The notes beneath the pieces were generated by a model. That model was given only the letters and a program-made list of their open reading frames with translations. It did not search any database and was not told where the DNA came from. Position numbers and translations under genes: made by a program. Below, piece after piece: positions 60,030 through 64,000 of a stretch of 64,000 nucleotides of DNA (its first letter is position 1; each line of letters opens with the position of its first letter). The DNA comes from Smithellaceae bacterium. Lineage in GTDB: Bacteria; Desulfobacterota; Syntrophia; Syntrophales; Smithellaceae. The DNA lies in the NCBI GenBank assembly GCA_963667845.2, contig CAXXVL010000002.1, positions 64,001-128,000 on the forward strand, read 5' to 3'.

Positions 60030-60938
60030 ATGCAAACAGATCGTGAACGAAGTGATTCAGAACCATTTACCGATCAGGACAAAAACGCCAGCGAAGAAGC
60101 TCCGGTCAAACCGAAGCAGATCCTGATTATTGCAATGATGCTGGTTGTGACCACGGTGGTCAATGTCTTTCTCGAACACATCATCCAGCCGTCCTCTCTG
60201 GTTTTTGTTTATCTCGTACCCACCATCGCGGCCGTGATTTATTTTGGAACCTGGGCGGCGGTTCTATCGTTTACCGCCGGTTTCTTCATCTTCAATTTCG
60301 GTTTTGTGGAACCCTTCTATTCATTGCACATTTCCAACCCCCAGGACATCTATAATGTCGTCGTCTATTTCAGCATTGCCGGCCTGATCACCTATCTCAT
60401 CAATATCGTCCGCCGCCAGAACATCTTTCTCGCCAACAGGCTGGATCGGGTTTCCCTCATCGAAGAGATGACGAGAGAGTATCTCCTTTTGACGCCCATC
60501 GAAGAGACTTCGATAAACGAGAGCCTCGCGGAGACGCTGCGGGCAAGGGTATTTGCCCAATTGGGGCAGCTTGCCGTAAAATATATCAAGACAAGTCTGG
60601 ATGCACCGGCCCTTGTTTTCTTCCGTGAAGACGAGGGGCGTCTCAAACTCTGGGCAAAAAACGGCCTCGACCAGGAAATTACGGAAAAAGAAAATGCCGC
60701 CGCATCCTGGACACTGATCAATGGTGATGTTTCAGGAGCTGGTACCCTGACCCAAACGGATACGCCTTACTATTTCATTCCCCTGAAGTCTCTGGAAGGC
60801 GTGATCGGCGTCATCGGGATTTTAGGCGATTCCCGGAATCTCTTCCCGGAGCAGCGGCGTCTGCTGGGAACGATCGCCAATCTGACGACCATCGTCGCTT
60901 TCGGATGGATGCGACTGAAATTCCGGAAAAACGGATAA
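60030..60938 (+). CDS. Stand-alone DUF4118 (KdpD 4-TM) + GAF protein lacking a kinase domain
   Basis: FNFGFVEPFYSL 4-TM motif, then AASW..G-x-GTLT..YYFIPL..IGVIG..EQRRLL, the KdpD GAF. Ends before any H-box. Confidence 0.8.
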   Translation: MQTDRERSDSEPFTDQDKNASEEAPVKPKQILIIAMMLVVTTVVNVFLEHIIQPSSLVFVYLVPTIAAVIYFGTWAAVLSFTAGFFIFNFGFVEPFYSLHISNPQDIYNVVVYFSIAGLITYLINIVRRQNIFLANRLDRVSLIEEMTREYLLLTPIEETSINESLAETLRARVFAQLGQLAVKYIKTSLDAPALVFFREDEGRLKLWAKNGLDQEITEKENAAASWTLINGDVSGAGTLTQTDTPYYFIPLKSLEGVIGVIGILGDSRNLFPEQRRLLGTIANLTTIVAFGWMRLKFRKNG

Positions 60939-60949
60939 CGCGTCTGAAA

Positions 60950-61010
60950 AATCAAACGCCTCGCAGCAAGCTGCGGAGAATTAACGCTCGTCGGGCGTGT
61001 GCGGATTAAA
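60950..61010 (-). repeat. Dispersed hairpin element, copy 7 (short form), abutting the kup stop codon
   Basis: AATCAAACGCCTCGCAGCAAGCTGCGGAGAATTAACGCTCGTCGGGCGTGTGCGGATTAAA. Confidence 0.85.
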
Positions 61011-62940
61011 GTTCGATCTGAGTGCCGAGCTCAACAACCCGGTTGGGCGGGATGCCGAAATAGACCGTGGGATTTCCGGAATTTCTCGACATGAAAGCAA
61101 AAATCGCCTTGCGCCAGCGCAGCATTTTCGACTTCCCCCCCGTGAGGAGAGTTTCCCGGCCCAGATAGTAGGTTGTGGTCATGGGTTCCGTAATGAGTCC
61201 GTAACGGGAAACGTCCCGCATCAGCTCGGGCACATTGGGTGTCTGCATATAACCATATAAGGCAATAAGACGATAGAAGCCATGTCCCAGCTCTTCGAGC
61301 TTGACTTGTTCTTCGGGCGGCACCGTGGGCGAGTCGGTCGACCGGATGGAAAGGAGCACAACTTGCTCATGCAGAATGTGATTGTGCTTGACGTGATGCA
61401 GGAGGCTGGGAGGAGTTCCATCAGGTGATAACGTCATGAATACGGCCGTTCCGGGAACTCTGGGCATTTTGCTTCTGGATATTTCGTCAATAAAGATGGC
61501 GATGGGAAACCTTCCGCCGGCAAGTCTGCGGGATAGCTCCGTGCGGCCCTTCCTCCAGGTGGTCATGGCGACCGCCACGATTGCCGCGATAAAGAGCGGA
61601 AACCATCCGCCGTCGGCGATCTTGAAGAGATTGCCGCTGATGAAGGCAACGTCAACCACGACAAACACCCCCACAAGAAGTACGGCTTTCCAAAGCGGCC
61701 ATTTCCAGTTGTGAGTCAGCACCAGAAAATAGAGAAGCGAGGTGATGATCATCGTCCCCGTCACGGCAATACCGTATGCCCCGGCCAGGCCGGTCGACTC
61801 CTTAAATCCGATCACGACGCCAAGGCAGGCAATCATCAAGGCATAATTGACGAAGGGGATATAGATCTGACCCTGCATGTCGCTCGACGTATGAACGATA
61901 TGCATCCGGGGGCAGAGTCCCAGCTGCACGGCCTGCTGGGTCAGCGAAAATGCCCCGGAGATCAAGGCTTGCGAGGCAATGATCGTAGCGGCGGTCGAGA
62001 GAGCAACCATCGGGTAGAGGAGCACGCCGGGGACAAGTCCATAGAAGGGATTGACATTCATCTGGGGATTTCCCAGAAGCAGCGCACCCTGCCCGAAATA
62101 GTTGCAAAGCAGCGCCGGGCAGGCAAAGGCAAGCCAGGAGATGCGAATGGCTTTCTTTCCGAAATGTCCCAGATCGGCATACAGGGCTTCGCAACCCGTG
62201 ATGCACAAAACAACCGAGCCCAGGACGATGATGCCGTGGACGCTGTTGCGCATGAAGAAATCAATCGCGTGAAAAGGGTTGACGGCAAGCAGAATTCTCG
62301 GTTCATGCAGAATACTATAAAGACCGAAACCGGCAATAGCGACAAACCAGATCACCATGATCGGACCGAACAGTCTGCCGATATGCTTGGTGCCCCGGTG
62401 CTGCAAAAAGAAAAGTAAAACGAGGATAATGCACGTCAACGGCATCACAAAAGGTTTTGCGGCTTTGGTGGCAACTTCCAGTCCTTCGATGGCCGAAAGG
62501 ACTGAAATCGCCGGCGTAATGATTCCGTCGCCGTAGAGAAGTCCTGCGCCAAGAATGCCGGCAAACATGAGCGTCGCCTTGAACCGCGCGGAAATCTTCC
62601 TGTCGGACGCGGTCAGCAGGCCGAGAAGAGCAAAGATGCCGCCCTCGCCGCGGTTGTCGGCACGAAGAATGAAAATGACATACTTGATGCTGACCACGAT
62701 CATCAGCGACCAGAAAACGAGGGACAAGACGCCGAAGATATTGGCCGGGTCGGGCGCTATGGCATGTTTTCCGTGAAAGCATTCCTTGATGGCGTAAAGG
62801 GGGCTGGTTCCGACATCGCCGAAGACGATGCCGATGGATCCAAAGGCCAGGATGAGGTGCTTTTTGTCGCACCACCGCGAAGACTGCGCTTCACAGGATG
62901 GTGAGTCCGGATCAGAAGTATTTCCGGATGATGAAGACAT
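61006..62940 (-). CDS. kup: Potassium transporter Kup
   Basis: GDVGTSPLY, ADNRGEGG, GDGIITPAISVLSA, EALYADLGHFG, GQIYIP, ELGTQIEL. Confidence 0.96.
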   Translation of the reverse strand: MSSSSGNTSDPDSPSCEAQSSRWCDKKHLILAFGSIGIVFGDVGTSPLYAIKECFHGKHAIAPDPANIFGVLSLVFWSLMIVVSIKYVIFILRADNRGEGGIFALLGLLTASDRKISARFKATLMFAGILGAGLLYGDGIITPAISVLSAIEGLEVATKAAKPFVMPLTCIILVLLFFLQHRGTKHIGRLFGPIMVIWFVAIAGFGLYSILHEPRILLAVNPFHAIDFFMRNSVHGIIVLGSVVLCITGCEALYADLGHFGKKAIRISWLAFACPALLCNYFGQGALLLGNPQMNVNPFYGLVPGVLLYPMVALSTAATIIASQALISGAFSLTQQAVQLGLCPRMHIVHTSSDMQGQIYIPFVNYALMIACLGVVIGFKESTGLAGAYGIAVTGTMIITSLLYFLVLTHNWKWPLWKAVLLVGVFVVVDVAFISGNLFKIADGGWFPLFIAAIVAVAMTTWRKGRTELSRRLAGGRFPIAIFIDEISRSKMPRVPGTAVFMTLSPDGTPPSLLHHVKHNHILHEQVVLLSIRSTDSPTVPPEEQVKLEELGHGFYRLIALYGYMQTPNVPELMRDVSRYGLITEPMTTTYYLGRETLLTGGKSKMLRWRKAIFAFMSRNSGNPTVYFGIPPNRVVELGTQIEL

Positions 62941-63011
62941 ATAAAACCTCCAAAGCGTGATCAGGGGGGAGAATCATCCTCCCGAATCACTCCGGTCGGT
63001 TCTCCTCATCG

Positions 63012-63122
63012 ATGTCTGCGAAGTTAGCTGACGGGCTCGGGCCGGATGAGGTTACCCTACGCAAAATCGCGATACGCCCCAAAAAAGTGGTTTCTCCGCT
63101 CCCGGTGATCGGGATTAGACAT
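63012..63122 (-). ncRNA. c-di-AMP (ydaO/yuaA) riboswitch
   Basis: Minus strand AUGUC-UAAUCCCG..CGGGAGCGGAGAAACCA..UUUGGGGCGUAUC..UAGGG..GCCCGAGCCCGUCAGCUAACUUCGCAGACAU matches the ydaO consensus. About 70 nt upstream of kup. Confidence 0.88.
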
Positions 63123-63203
63123 TTTGTTCTGTGGTCACTTAGTGCATCTTTTAAAGATTGTCAATGGCACAGGTCGGCCATCCCTGCGCATCGCGAACCG
63201 ACT

Positions 63204-64000
63204 CTAAACCGGCCAGTCCGGGATTTTCTTCTTTGTCCCGAACCATTTCAGCGTCGCATAAAACATATCGAGATGACAAAGTGCGGTTTTGAGACGGGTG
63301 AATCTTCCCGGCGCCGTAACGCCCTGAAGAAGCCTGTCGTATTGAGCGAAAGACAGTGCGCGCATTTTGCGGATCGTGACTTTTTCCAGCGCCTGTTTTT
63401 CTTTCATGTAGTGCTGCAATTTTTCTGTATATTGAGTGATGCCGCTTTGCCCATCGCTTACCGCCTCTACGGCCAAAACACCGCTTAAGCAGGCCATGTC
63501 GATCCCGCCGCCGTGCAGGGGGGATGTGAGGCCCGCCGCATCGCCCACCAGCAGGACATTCTCGTAGACGAGACGAGGCAGCATACTGCCTGCGGCAATG
63601 CCGCCGCCCCGTTCGAGCACAGCCGCACCGGCCAGCCCTTCCCTCCGCAGAACGCCGTCGAGCAGTTCTCTCATATCCAGCCTGTCGCGGCCGAGCGTTC
63701 CCCGCACCGTGCAGACCACGCCGACGTTGGCCCGCGAGGCATCCTTGGGGAATATCCAGAAGTAGGCGGGTTGAAATTCAGCGGGCAGATTCGAGAGAAA
63801 AACAAACTTGAGGCGCGGCATGAGCGCACTGAAATCGCCCGCCAGCACGACCTGATGCGCCAGAAGATACTCCTGAAAATAGTCGCCTGAAAACCCGTAG
63901 AGACGGGAAGTGATTGAAGGCGCGCCGCTGGCATCCAGTATCCAGTCATACTCTTTTTGCATCCCGCTCAGGCGCGCCCGCGTTACTCCTGCGTTTTCGT
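63204..64000 (-). CDS. Geranylgeranyl reductase-family FAD oxidoreductase (5' end beyond window)
   Basis: DASG, YFWIFPK, ANVG, LLVGDAAG..SPLHGGGI. The frame stays open to the window edge. Confidence 0.85.
   Translation of the reverse strand, partial: ENAGVTRARLSGMQKEYDWILDASGAPSITSRLYGFSGDYFQEYLLAHQVVLAGDFSALMPRLKFVFLSNLPAEFQPAYFWIFPKDASRANVGVVCTVRGTLGRDRLDMRELLDGVLRREGLAGAAVLERGGGIAAGSMLPRLVYENVLLVGDAAGLTSPLHGGGIDMACLSGVLAVEAVSDGQSGITQYTEKLQHYMKEKQALEKVTIRKMRALSFAQYDRLLQGVTAPGRFTRLKTALCHLDMFYATLKWFGTKKKIPDWPV

Noticed and set aside
5196..61010. Dispersed repeat as CRISPR repeats or integron attC sites
   Set aside because: Copies are kilobases apart, in both orientations, with no spacers or cas genes. 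They lack paired RYYYAAC/GTTRRRY ends and there is no intI.
1..64000. tRNA, rRNA, tmRNA, RNase P, prophage or anti-phage defence genes
   Set aside because: No diagnostic sequence signatures or protein motifs were found by eye; a covariance-model scan would be needed to exclude divergent ncRNAs.

Overview
Gene-dense chromosomal window (roughly mid-50s % GC by eye). The gene content (three acyl-CoA ligases, 4-hydroxybutyryl-CoA dehydratase, sigma54 systems, FadL-like porins, HEAT/HD-GYP pair) suggests an anaerobic fatty-acid-degrading deltaproteobacterium such as Syntrophales/Smithella-like; this placement is inference. About 45 CDS are called. No rRNA, tRNA, CRISPR array, integrase or transposase was seen. 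Non-coding features read from the sequence: a c-di-AMP (ydaO) riboswitch ahead of kup; two sigma54 -24/-12 promoters with upstream activator-like sites; seven copies of a 55-100 bp hairpin element that behaves like a non-autonomous IS200/IS605-type element; a multi-layer nested REP/MITE at 11.8-12.1 kb; and a 37-bp duplication of an SDR gene 3' end flanking a 3.7-kb HEAT + HD-GYP islet. Protein oddities: a YihY/BrkB-cNMP-wHTH fusion coupled to a diguanylate cyclase, a kinase-less KdpD module next to kup, an acyl-CoA ligase homologue missing its catalytic residues, a TPR-tailed alarmone synthetase, and an 800-aa secreted metzincin-like protein.
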